Part shown: positions 1-11,600 of the stretch, piece by piece
Position numbering within the stretch: the stretch's first letter is position 1
Layout: each line of letters begins with the position of its first letter
Assembly (NCBI GenBank): GCA_022813965.1
Contig: JALDZS010000180.1
Span: 1-47,265, forward strand
Source: Toensbergia leucococca
Lineage: Eukaryota
DNA: 47,265 nt
Direction: 5' to 3'
The notes under the pieces: model-generated
Databases searched by the model: none
Seen by the model: the letters and a program-made list of their open reading frames with translations, nothing else
What the model was told of the DNA's origin: nothing
Position numbers and translations under genes: made by a program

Positions 1-590
1 GGAGTGTCGTGCTTTCAACACGGAGTTTCCATTTGTTATTATTTTTTGGGGGGTAGGGGGAAGTCATACTTTGACTGAGACTACCTATCTTCCGAGACCT
101 GTGTATGTGCAGAACCCGCAAGGTCCCCGAAAAAAAGGGTGGGGCACGAAAAAAATGGCATCGTGCATCTCCGCAAAAGGGAGCGTTGAATTGGATATTT
201 ATGAACCCTCTTTTCTCCAAAAGTCAAGTGAGGTGGCCGAATGTGGCTAGAGAATCCAAATCTCGAAAAGCCAGCGGCGGCAGAGAAAAGCGATGCAGAT
301 GATGAAAGGAGGAGAAAAAAGTAATGAAATGGTCTTCCAGTGGCACGCACACCTAGGATTTGGCTCCTTCAACTTGTTCGTTATAGAAGGGGGCATAATT
401 ACCAAACCTCCAGAGGGCTGATCAAAGTCACTGGTTCTTGAACTCTGCAGATCGAGGTCAAGGCCTGTAGCATTAGAAGTAATCATGCATCCCTAACAAA
501 GTGGTATACCCTCGCCCAAAGTAGCATCCAAAGCAGTGTCAAAAACTCCATCTCCTCTTTCAAACCCAACGCCTAATGCTGATATGCGAA

Positions 591-1391
591 TCAGCTCTCC
601 TCCTCCTTCAACAACTCCCTGACCCGTTCAATCCTCCCCATCCTTCCCTCCAGCACCTCCAACCTCTTCCTCTTCTCCCCATCTCTCCTCTCCAACAGCG
701 CTACCCGTTCCTCCAGCTTCGCCCTTGCTTTTCGTTCCGTGGCGACCATCTCGTTCGCTTCTTGGAATAGCTGTGCGCTCAGCTCTTCTAACTCGTCGTT
801 TGTTTGGCTGATACGTGACTCGGCTACTTGGCGTAGGTGCTGCTCACGGGTGAGAGCTGTTAGTAGGTCTGTGGTGTTTTGAGGGTCGTGGGAGTGTTGG
901 TGAGGGGGCGCCGAGGAAGGTGGTTGGGAGGTGGCGCGGCGGGAAGGGAGGAGTGATGAGAGGCGTGATTGGAGGGGCGAGCGTGCGTTGACAATTGACA
1001 GAGGCGGGTCTTGGACTTGAGGGGTATTGTGAGGGATTGGAAGCGACTCTGCGGTGGGATTCATCTTGTTCGCAGGATGCTGGTTGGAGGAAGCTTTGAG
1101 TTGGCGAAGCTCATCTTCGTAGTCTGCTAGTTTGTCGACTGTCGTGGAGACATAGATTAGCTCGGCCGACTAAAGTCCGAGGCATGGATGGGTACGGAGT
1201 ATACCTGCAGCAGTTGCTTTGTCGGTGAGTATCCTGACCTGAGTTTCGAGCTCTGATATTCTATGTTGGGCATCTTGAGTAACGTCATCGTGTGAGTGAG
1301 ACAAGTCAGCTCCGCATTTGTGACAGCTGAGTGGAACAAAGGTGCGGGTAGGTGCCGTTGATGGCCTTTGGAGTAGTGTAGTACTAGTCAT
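591..1391 (-). CDS. Short Sec2-type (Rab GEF N-terminal coiled-coil) domain protein, 244 aa, 2 exons (1391-1205, 1138-591)
   Basis: Intron 1204-1139 (GTATAC...CTAAT...CAG) joins ILTDKATAA to VDKLADYEDE in frame. The C-terminal ELEELSAQLFQEANEMVATERK is the Sec2p-domain signature. It is far shorter than full-length Sec2, so no symbol is given. Confidence 0.85.
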
Positions 1392-1406
1392 TCAAGCTAT
1401 TGGAGA

Positions 1407-1450
1407 GCGGGAAGATGCAGGGTGGGGAGATGCAGGGCGGGAAGATGCAG
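1407..1450 (+). repeat. Three ~15-bp tandem repeats (GG[C/T]GGG[A/G]AGATGCAG-like) just upstream of the Sec2-like ATG
   Basis: GCGGGAAGATGCAG / GGTGGGGAGATGCAG / GGCGGGAAGATGCAG read directly. Confidence 0.75.
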
Positions 1451-1967
1451 ATGTGGGGGAATTTCAGCTATGGTTTGGAGATCATCATTCTTTTGCTTTG
1501 TTGGAAATAACCGGGGAGGAGTTGGAGGGAGACAAAAATGAAAGACGAAATAAAAGATGATGCGTGATCTGCAGGGTCCAAAACAATGAATAGAAACAGG
1601 CTAAGGTACGGATACGGATACGGTAAGGTATAGGTAGGTATTCTAAGCGCTAATGCACCTAATGCAAGGCGCCCTTCCCCTTCTCGCCCCTTTATCCGCC
1701 AAACGCCTGAAATGCTCCTAGTTTCTATCCGTACCTACCTAATGGTGTAAGCTCAGATTGGCTGACAAAGTATCTCAGTATCAACCTTGCAACCTTGAAA
1801 CCTTGAAACCATTGTCACCACCACTGCTCCTGCCACCTTTGCCTATGTATTAGAGCCCCACTTCTTTCCGGGGCTGTTCAAACATTCAGGATCAACGTTG
1901 AAAGAAACAAACTTGTCTCGTCCATACGAAGATTCCACCCCGACTGTCAGCACTATCACCCGAGCAA

Positions 1968-2547
1968 TCATGAAGGATCGGTGCAACCGCAAGCATGCAT
2001 GCACTGTAAGTCATATGCAAAATTGATCGTCTGCTGATATCCATCTTCGTTGGCAAACAAAGTTCCGATCCTCCACCTCATCATCATGACCTTTGGCTTT
2101 GCCAAATCTTTACCATCGAATTTAACCAAATTTAGTGCCCGAGAAGAGAGGTAATTGCAAGCACAGTCGGAAACGCCTTCGATTGCCTTTCGGTAGGACC
2201 AGCTGCCGGATCGAAAGCAGTTGGAGCTCGAGCATGCCGAATTGGCCGCATTGCATTTGGATGCTTGGACAAATCGGCCTGTAACTACCCCCAAGCCGTA
2301 TGAACCGAGGACTGTACCGATTAGAAAGGTTTGTCGTACTTCGAGCACCAAGGGAGTTGTAGTGTCAGAAAGAGCTTTTGTTGTAGAAGCTTCTACTAAT
2401 CGAGTAGCGCCGGAGAGTACGTTGCACTGAGCCGTGACCAAAAGCCCCTATAGGAGTAACGGCGACGCTACTGAAAGGGGATGATATAAATGTCAGAAAA
2501 CCCAGACGCCTTCAATGTAAGCGGAACGTATTATTCGTACCCTTCAT
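1968..2547 (-). pseudogene. Small secreted cysteine-rich protein gene (169 codons) interrupted by a single in-frame TAG at codon 10; pseudogene or recoded gene
   Basis: ATG AAG G (2547-2541), intron 2540-2471 (GTACGA...TCTGAC...CAG), exon 2 2470-1968 give MKVASPLLL*GLLVTAQCNVLSG..., in frame with the 157-aa ORF. Signal-peptide-like N-terminus, LEVR|Q processing-like site, 8 Cys in the C-terminal part. Confidence 0.75.
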
Positions 2548-3123
2548 TCTGTCTAGCTTTTTAGGTAGCGACGAATTTGCTCTGCATGGTCTGACAATAG
2601 CTGCTGTTGAGTCGGGAGTAGCACTTAAGTGCACTTAGATGCTCAAGCTGCCCTGAGCACCTCAATAACTTTCCAACAGCATCGAAAATTTTGAAGATCT
2701 CCTGAGTTCCCCTAGCACTAGTGAATACACCATCTCTTCACAGATTCCCATGCTCACGTTGTGACTTTCATATGCGCAGCAACAAAGTACTTGCGATAAG
2801 CGTCGAGAAAGCGATGGCAGAGGATGTAATCCGAAACTTGTTCTAGCTGCAGCGGGAATACGTCAATATTTCCGGAAACAACCCGATTGATAAACAGTCC
2901 TTGTTTGACCTCCAGTCAATTGGCAACAGTGCTTGTCAAGCTACCTTCACTGCAGTCCTCTGACTACTGGAATATGTATCGGTGCGATTAATAAGCTCCA
3001 TCCATACAATATGCCGGAAGGGTATCTCTAGAGAATACCTCTACACTGCGCAACATCGTTCTGTTGGCGCCATTCTCTAGTGTCTTGCATGGCCTGATTG
3101 CGACATAAGAAGTTAAGAAGCTC

Positions 3124-4664
3124 TCAAACCCCGTCTTGGGCAATCCGGCTTGTTCCCAGCTCCGTCTCTAAACTCCTTTGCGACTCTGACGCATTTACTT
3201 TCTGCCTTCCCATATCTTTATCCGTTGTCTTTTGTATTCTCTGTAGCGGAAAGTCTGGAGTCTCGGCAGTGTCGGTGTGCTCAATATGTGCTAGCATCTG
3301 AGGTATTTTAAACAAATTTTGCCGTGAAGAAGGCCTAGGTTTTGCATCTGTAGCATATGGCCGTATGGCCGCGACGGAGTGCCGACCCCAGATGTTTGTA
3401 TACCAATGCGATTTCGCTGAGGGAATTGAAGCGCTGCGAAAGTGGTGGCTGGTACTTTTGCTTGAGATGCGCGCATGGATGTAGCGGATAAAGGGCCTCA
3501 TCATCGGAACGCAAGCGCCGATGATGCCAAGATTTATCTCGAACCTGCGACTGCTTAGGGGCACCACTCCGAGGACAAAAAAGAAAAAAGATACAGAGAA
3601 GGTGGGGAAATCTTACATTCTTGCTAGTGCGTTCGGAATTCCGACCCCTGAGGAAAGGGAAATTATCAGTACACAAGATTGTGAATTGTAGGTGAGGCTA
3701 GGAGGAGGTCATTCATTGCTCACAGGTCACATCGTAGGATTTGGTCTGCCATGAGAGTGAGGTCCTGGCAATACATGCCGCCGCAGTACTGGGGAGCGAC
3801 CGTTAAGTTAGCTCCAAGAGGGAAATACGCAGGAATGAATCTCGAGAACACTAACATGACACCCAGGCCCATAAGAAGGCATAGAGCGATTTTGTCGCGA
3901 ATGCTAATCTTTGCGTTCCATAAAAGGACGACAGGGAAGGCAGCCCCAATAAAGTCAACCACGACTGAGAAAACTGCAAGATCTCCTGTCAGGTAGCTAC
4001 TCAATGCTCGAGAGGAATTGTACGCTTGGGAATGGATTGCTGGTGTAATGGAGAAGCTTGACTCACCCCCCTGAACGATTACAATTTTCTCAACAGCATT
4101 CTTAGAGAAGCAGTGACCAGCAACTTCAGAACTCCAATACTTATCCACAGGGCTGCATTGTAGCGCCATCAACAGAGTGAGGGGTATGGTTGAAAGGACT
4201 AAGAATGCGATCAATGCATACAACAGTATCTCTAGCCTGTTAAAACTAGACAGGCGCAGAAGGAACAGGCATATGGAGATCTTTGACAGTGCGAGTGAGA
4301 TGAAAACCTGAAGCCAGTCAAGATAGCTGTACTTTTGAAACATGCTGAATTCAGCGTTGGATAGATGGTATCTGTGTTGACCAAGCCCGTTGGCGACCTC
4401 CACCATGACAAAGCCCATGCCTACTGTGTTTGTCATCTAAGCTGACATCAGTCGGTTCCGTTGCAAGAGTGGGTATGATTTCCTCACTTGAGTAATGGCC
4501 ATGGCAACATCATCCCACCAAAGGTTGCGAACGATGTATACTCGAGTGGTCAATCGCAAGCAAACGATTATAGTTGAAAAAGCAAAGATAGCCCAATTCA
4601 CACCAAGGAGTAAAGAACCTAGGTTCCCATCACTTGCGGGAGGAGGTGACGTAGATGCATCCAT
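3124..4664 (-). CDS. PTH11-like integral membrane protein (fungal rhodopsin-domain GPCR-like, no CFEM), 393 aa, 6 exons (4664-4488, 4436-4067, 3973-3856, 3788-3724, 3647-3617, 3544-3124)
   Basis: Family motifs LRLTTR..WWDD, GLGQH, KISICLFLLRL, QCSPVDKYW..GHC, DF..AAFP, MGLGVI, EINLGIIGACVP. Five GT-AG introns; total 1182 nt in frame. Confidence 0.88.
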
Positions 4665-5302
4665 GAGCTTCTTCTATAACATGGCTGATGGGAAGAAGCA
4701 TTTATTCAATTGGGAAAGGATGAGCTGGGTAAGTAGTAGGTAGATCCAACTTTTCGAGTTTTCCGTTGGACCTGTAGTAAATTTGCAGAAGATGTCCTGG
4801 GTCGGCCCACAGCGTGTGGTTCCAAGACAGCGATTCGCCGATGATCAAACTATCATCTGTTCGTTGACACGCATCGGACAATTTCCACGATGCAAGTGCT
4901 TGTAGCTGTAGGCGCACCATAGAGATGACTCCCGCCGCCTTCAACGACGTCAGCCTGATTGAACGTCATGAGGGGAAGTTGATATGGAGATACCTCGGGA
5001 CAAGGAGAGTCTTCCAAGCAAGTAGAAAGTCATATGTTTTGCTATACCCTAGTATACTGTCGAGGCGTGGTGGAAATGACAGGAGATACTGTGTTTGAGC
5101 CGAGTTGGTTTCTCAGGCAAGGTCATGGACCTGAACACAACTATCATATATCAGCTTCAATAAGGCCTACTTTGATACTCTAATTCTCTGTCTCTTGTGC
5201 TCAAAGTTCAACATATCAAATTTGAGGTCTCGATTACTTGCCTCACCGCTCAAGATGGGTGGGTTGAGTCCGAGTTGCGTAAATGTTTTCTTGACATCAA
5301 AG

Positions 5303-5323
5303 TAACCCTAAACCTAACCCTAA
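5303..5323 (+). repeat. Interstitial telomere-like tract (TAACCC TAAACC TAACCC TAA)
   Basis: 3.5 units of the (TTAGGG)n complement with one mismatch, in intergenic DNA. Confidence 0.6.
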
Positions 5324-5914
5324 TTCCCCTTGAGGACCACTTATACGGTCGGAGCTTTGTCCTTCTCTCTATTTCCTTCCAACTTCAAGCCCGCCAGGAA
5401 TTGCAAGCTTTCCCCTTGGTTTCTAATATCTACAGGTCATAGAACGTAACATCACCAAATATTCTCTATGCATTGCAAATGTATTAGTTTAGATGCGAGT
5501 AGCTAGAAGAGCTCCTTGCAACTTAGGTATATCCACCTGCTCGAAAAATGGCCGTCATTTGCACTGGATTTCTAGCCTTCTTCTAAGGCTCGAAGTATAC
5601 GCCCTAGAATTGAATGTTTGGATATACTTTATTCTGCTCAAAAGCCCATGCGAAAGCATCGAAGTTTCCGATAGCTCATAGAAAAAGCGCCTGGGATTCA
5701 CCGCTTCTTGAAGGCCCGACTTAGGATCATTTTGGAGCTCTCTGTTCTCGGATCCGTTATTTGACGCTCGATAGAAGCCAGGCCCTTTAATGGATTATTG
5801 TATCATTTCTTGCCGTGCCAGTGCAATTACTAGCATTCTGTCATATTCAGGAGCTCTCCTGTGAAATGCAAGCTTCCGTGACTGTGGCTTCTTTGAAGTT
5901 TTGGCGAATGAAAA

Positions 5915-7839
5915 TCATTCTTCATAGTCTTCAAGGAAGTTCTCTACAGGACAAGCCTCCAGCATCTGAAAGTGTTCATCCACAAGGTCCCATAAATTCT
6001 TGTCACCCTTGGTCAGTCTTCTGGAAGTCAACTTCTGCTCCATAGTCGAAAGAAGATCGTGATGCTGGGTCGAGCTCATAGTTTGATTCCTACATAACAG
6101 CTCGTTGTACCTGCCAAAGGATCCTCGATAGGAAAAGTCACCATAAGCTAGGACTTGGAGTTCTGGAGGTCCCTGGCTTCCAAATACCCAGTGGGCAAAA
6201 CGGAGGAAATCCAACAGTATTTCTGAGAAAAGGTTTGCTAACTCCTCAGCTTCGGCTGCGGGAAAAGCGTTTGGCACAACAGGATCATTTGGTTCCCCGA
6301 ATTTCACATCGGCATTGAACCTATCTGAACCCGAAGCTCTGACATGCAATAATTTACACGATGGTCTGGGATTGAGGTGACCTAGTTGACAGATCTTCAA
6401 AGAAAAAGGCGAAATTAGCTGTCAAAAGCCCTCATGAGTATGTTGAGAATCTGAAAAAGGAGCGTACCAGGCGAGAGGGAATATAACATATCCCGATACT
6501 GTCGATTTTCGATTCTTGAAAAAGGTGAGACGCGGAAGCGCCCCATCTTATATCATTATCACAGGGATCCTCGAACCCGTCGGAATCTTGATCGAGATTG
6601 ACTCCTCTTTCATGGACCATAAGCCGATGCAGTGTCGATGCATGGCAACGCACAGAGTCCCAGAATTCCTCAACGCCGTCGTCGCTATTAGGCTCATTGA
6701 TGAGAATAAAAAGATTTTCTAGGCCTGTGAACGACCCCAAGAATTGGCTCACAACGACAACATCTTCCTGTCCGCCGACATTAACATCCAAGGCTAACTC
6801 GAGAGAAGTGAGCCTGATGGCTTGGCTTGACTTTGCAGTATCTTCAAGCATTGCATGCGTACCCGGACAATTTCGCAGCGTCAAGGTACGGAGTCCACTG
6901 AAATTTAGAGCACATGCCATTTTGACTAATGTCGAATTAAAAGATAAGCCAGAGAGAACTAACTTTATGAGTGACGGGAACAATGCTTGCTGCAAGCCAG
7001 CTTTAAGTCCTAAGATATCTTGTGAAGTCCACCTCCTGTGGTCAGTGGACCAAAAACCATCTTCTTTAGTCCAAGACACGAAACCTAACTCGAGTTCTTG
7101 TAAATGTTGTGAATTTGCTTTGAAACAAACTCGGACGGCTTCGATGTCGTCGAGTGATCGTAAACCTCTCCATTGAAAGGACCGTATGAGCTTGAATCCG
7201 GAAAGGTCTATGCAACCACAGCCTTCCATGGTCATGGGACACAGACCATCCGTGACGAGGGATAAAGACTCGAGTCTAGTCTGCCGTTGTGGCAAGTAGC
7301 CTGAAGGGCCAAGTAAGTTCGAGGGGACACTTGTCCCCAAACGCCAGCTTTTGCGATCTGATTAGCGTACTACTTTTTGAGAATCTCATGGTTGAGTTCA
7401 CCTGAAACTCCGCAAAAAATTGTCTTTTAATTCATGCAGTAAGGGAGCAAGACCAATGCCAAAGTTATTGAAAGCGTCATCAACAGACATTTCATCGTCC
7501 AATCGATTGTGAGAAGGTCGAACCTTCGGATTCCCACTGAAGTTGGCGGCAACACAAAGGTCCTTGACTCGATCGAAACGAATCACAGACATGGAACGAT
7601 GTAAAGATCTCTTGACGTCTGGTTGATTCAAAGTGTCTTCATCAAATGAGATGGCCATGCTTTCCCAAAAGACTGGCATGGTAGCTTGACGAATATATGA
7701 CGAGACCTGGCGGAGCATCATCATGTCCCTTGGGTTCGGAAGCTGTTCTCGTCAGATTCTGGAATGATATAAGGGGAGAAGGACACATTACCAGTCTGAG
7801 AATCAATTGGAGGACTTCGAGGGGAATCGTATCCAACAT
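5915..7839 (-). CDS. F-box-like protein with LRR-like C-terminal region, 582 aa, 4 exons (7839-7792, 7742-7402, 7347-6468, 6394-5915)
   Basis: The spliced N-terminus LDTIPLEVLQLILRLLPNPRDMMMLRQVS resembles an F-box. Repeated LxxLxL segments follow (LESLSL, LQELEL, LRTLTL, LENLFI). Introns 7791-7743, 7401-7348 and 6467-6395 are GT-AG with branch sites and keep frame. Confidence 0.75.
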
Positions 7840-8656
7840 AACTGCGAATTAAAGCGTTTCTGTCCTACAGGGAGAAATGAAATGACACTGTCGGCTGTGA
7901 ATGAATGGGTATGTGTTACAATCGACTCGGCAGGGACAGATATCGGTACTCTTGATATGTCCGAATGAGTCTGACAAATAAGGTACGTTGATGGAAGACA
8001 TCGAAATAAAGTAAAGGAAAGCACGGTACCTTAGTTAGGACAGCTACCTACGGTATTCACATTAGGTAAGGTAGTTGTGTAATCTGACGATTCACAATGT
8101 AAATGCCTCAGGAAGTGCCTCGCTACCCACTGAAACCTTCCATTTTCTTTGGTCACTGATTACGCTTTTCGACTCTCATTGTCCAACACCGCAGGCACAG
8201 GCACAATGCTGCGAGAAGATTTGTCAGTCTTCAAAGGGCTGGCAGTCTTGAAGATCAGCATCGCAAAGACCGCAAAAGACCGTAAAGACCGTTACAAATA
8301 AGCGTAGCCAGCTAAGTGGCCGAAAAAGTCCTTCTAGTCGGTACAAGCAACAATTTTCCATCGGTAGGATATACAGCTTGTATGGAGTGACATCTAAATA
8401 CTTGGGTGCCTGGTGATCCTCTTTCTTCCTGCATTGATGTCAAGAAACAGCAGAGTCCTCCAATGCGACAGCGACCCTTCCCTTGACCCTGTGAGATCCT
8501 TTGCATTGGCACTTCTGTACATTTTTAGCTTGGCGCACATCACACATGAAGTTGAATAGCGAGTAAGGCTTAGGGAATTCATAAAGTAAAATTTATGCAT
8601 ACATTCCCATTATAGACGAGCTTGCTCTGAGCTCTGAGCTCTTAGATCCAAAATAC

Positions 8657-11600
8657 CTATTCCTTCGTCTGTTCTTGCTGCTTCACATATTCAGCCGCCA
8701 ATGCTTTTACATGCTCCTGCGATTTGACATCCCCGTTCTTCTCCTCGTACTCCAACCACCTCTTAAAGAAATATTTGGCCCTCCGACTCTTCAGCTTGCC
8801 TGATGTGACTCTCTCGAACAACCTTCTGATCTGTTCTTTGTTGTCTTGCTTGATCTCAAGATCCAAGAGCACCTTCCATAGGTCGAGACGTTTAGGAAAG
8901 GTACTCAGGAGGCCCTCAAAGATGGTGCGTCCGCGCTCGGCGTCGCCGTTCCGAGAGCGGAGTTCAAGCTGTGCGAATTTCGATGTCAGGTCTAGATGGT
9001 GGTGCTTGGGTAACGCTTGCATTGCACGAGGCAGGAGAGCTCGCCCACGCTCGGGAGTAGAGAGAGTGTCAAAGAAGAATGTAGCGTTGTTGAGCCAGAC
9101 TTTGGGGTCTTGGGAGAATTTTTTGAGCATCATCTGGAAGAGTTCGTCTGCTTTCTGTCTCATGTCAGCTTTTTAGCTCGGTGCATCATTCAAGCCCCGA
9201 CGCTTACGTTATTCTTGCCAGACTGAATATAGATACTACCAAGACGTTCGTGTATCTCCTGACTGTCATTATACTGGCAAGCTCTTTGGAAGACTTCTTC
9301 TACAGACTCATCACTCCCGTATGTATTCTCCAAATTCAATAACGCCACCCAGACGTTCATCTTTTCCGCTTCTTCTCTGATGTTGATGCTTTGAATTGCT
9401 CGCTCAGCAATTCCGCGAGCTTTCGGCGTTTCATTCAACTCGAGTACAAAAGCCATGTAACTTAGCCATAGGTAAGACGAGTTTGGCTGGCCCAGTAGAA
9501 GACGCTCAAAGTCTGCTACTGACTGCGGACCCTTGGCGTCAAGATCGCCAGTTTTATCGACCTTTATTTCTGCCTTTCTCCGCCTTTTCTTCTTGGATTG
9601 AGATTCTTCAAAATCATTCTCGGATTGCGTTCCCTTGTCGTCGGGATCATTCATCCCTCCTGTCCAATCAAACCCCCCAGTATCAAGGCCTTGGACTCCT
9701 CTGCTTTCTTTGAAGACTTGCATATTCGTCTCGCCGATTTCAACACGATCGCCATTATCTTCGTCAAAAGGGCTACTGATGTCTCGGATATTGTCTAGTT
9801 CAAGTCCTCCATCGTCTTCGTCTTCGGTATCGTCTTCGGTATTGTCTTCAGCCCCAGCTTCAGTCAGCTGGACACCATTCATAGCGTACATGTCGTCATC
9901 ACTGCTTTCATCACCTTCGCTAGGATTCTTGAAAAACGAAGCTTTGAGTCCGAATGAGATCCGTCGTTTGTCGAGATCAATTTTAAGAACCATTGCTTGC
10001 ACTGCATCTCCTTCATCATATAACTTCTTCACTTCCAATACCTTCTGATCTGCCATCTGACTCCGGTGACACAGGCCACTGACATTATCAGATTCATCAA
10101 CAACGATGAAGACACCATAGTCCTCCACCTTGCGGATTTTCCCCGTGACTGTTTGCCCCACAGCTATATCGGAAAATGTAAGTGAGGCTTTATAGTCCTT
10201 TGCAACAACTGACCCTTTTAAGCTCATTTGGACGTGGTTTAGAAGCGGGTCAACAGCGATGATTTTACCCTTGACAAGCTGATCAACTTGGAAACTTGAC
10301 TTCCAATCCTTGATGAAAGAATCTGACAAGTCGGAAACCCGAACGAAAGCTGTGACGTTGCTGGACAAGCTCACAAAGAGACCAACATCGGCGACATTTT
10401 TGACAAATCCTCTATAGATGTCATTGACCTGAAGTTGAGAGATGGATGTTATTTCCGGATCGCTGACCGGCAGTGAAGAGCTTAGCACCTTAGAAGGCCT
10501 AACTGATAGATTCATCCTTTTATTTGGTATGTCTAGATCACTGATGCATACCCGTATAGTCTGGTTCTTTTGGTATTTGTTAGGATCTGCGGCTTCATAA
10601 TCATCCGCCATATCAACCAAATATATTGGGCCTGAGAGTGCTTCGCTGAGCTGAACCATAATGTGCCGCTCAGTAACTTTTGTGACTCTTCCAGGCAGGA
10701 CCATGCCCAACGAGAGATCACTGAACGTCAAAGGACTCCATGAGCTACCAGATCTCGCAGAGAGATCAAGGCGATTATTGGGAACGTCGACTTTGGAGAC
10801 ACGCGCCTTGAGAACAGATCCAACTGGAAAATTGGTTGCCAAATCCTCAAGGAGAGACACATCATCAGAGACATCCATAGCACGAATGCGGCCTCGAACG
10901 TTCGGGGAAAGATTGACCCATAAGCAGTCTTCGGCAACATTGTTCACGTAAACGGGGTACATAGTATTGATCTTGACCTTATCAAGAGTCAGTATGTCAA
11001 GATCTGCTGGCGTCTGACAACTGGGCTTCGCGCTCAATTCGTACACTAGATTTTTGTTGCGATTCGTAATTGGTAGGAACCGGTGGTTCCTCGAATCATG
11101 CATACCCATGACCCTCACGGGTAGAACTTGTTTAGGACTGAATTTCTTCAACGGATGCCTTTGATCCTCGATATCTTCCCACGAATCGAATACTTCGGAA
11201 ACATCGATTCGCCCTTGAACACCATCAGAGAGCTGTACATTCAGTTGAGTCCCTTTGACCGAAACCACTCTAGCTTTAGTCATCTTGCCCAATACAAAGT
11301 CATCGACTGTCGTAGAAACTTCGTCGACAGGGTTGACAAGTGCTCTGTCTGGAACCATATAAGATGCCCTTGCGGCACCAATCTCTGTGCCCTTCATTGG
11401 TAGGGATTTCATTGTCAACAAAAAGCGTTGCTGCGAATAGTCGACTGAAAGAACTGTCATAGTCAAAGACTGGTTCCGTCGCATGCCAAATTCAGGCAGT
11501 TGTGTAGCTTCCTCTGGCAAGTGCGCCTTGAGCAGAAGGCCTGTCAAGTCGGAAAAGAAACGCACGAAAACGCCAGTGGTGGTCACATTATTTACGAAGC

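Noticed and set aside
1782..1810. Short tandem (AACCTTG[C/A])n; similar AAAGACCG x3 near 8266-8291
   Set aside because: Ordinary slippage microrepeats without unique spacers; not CRISPR-like, and the DNA is eukaryotic.
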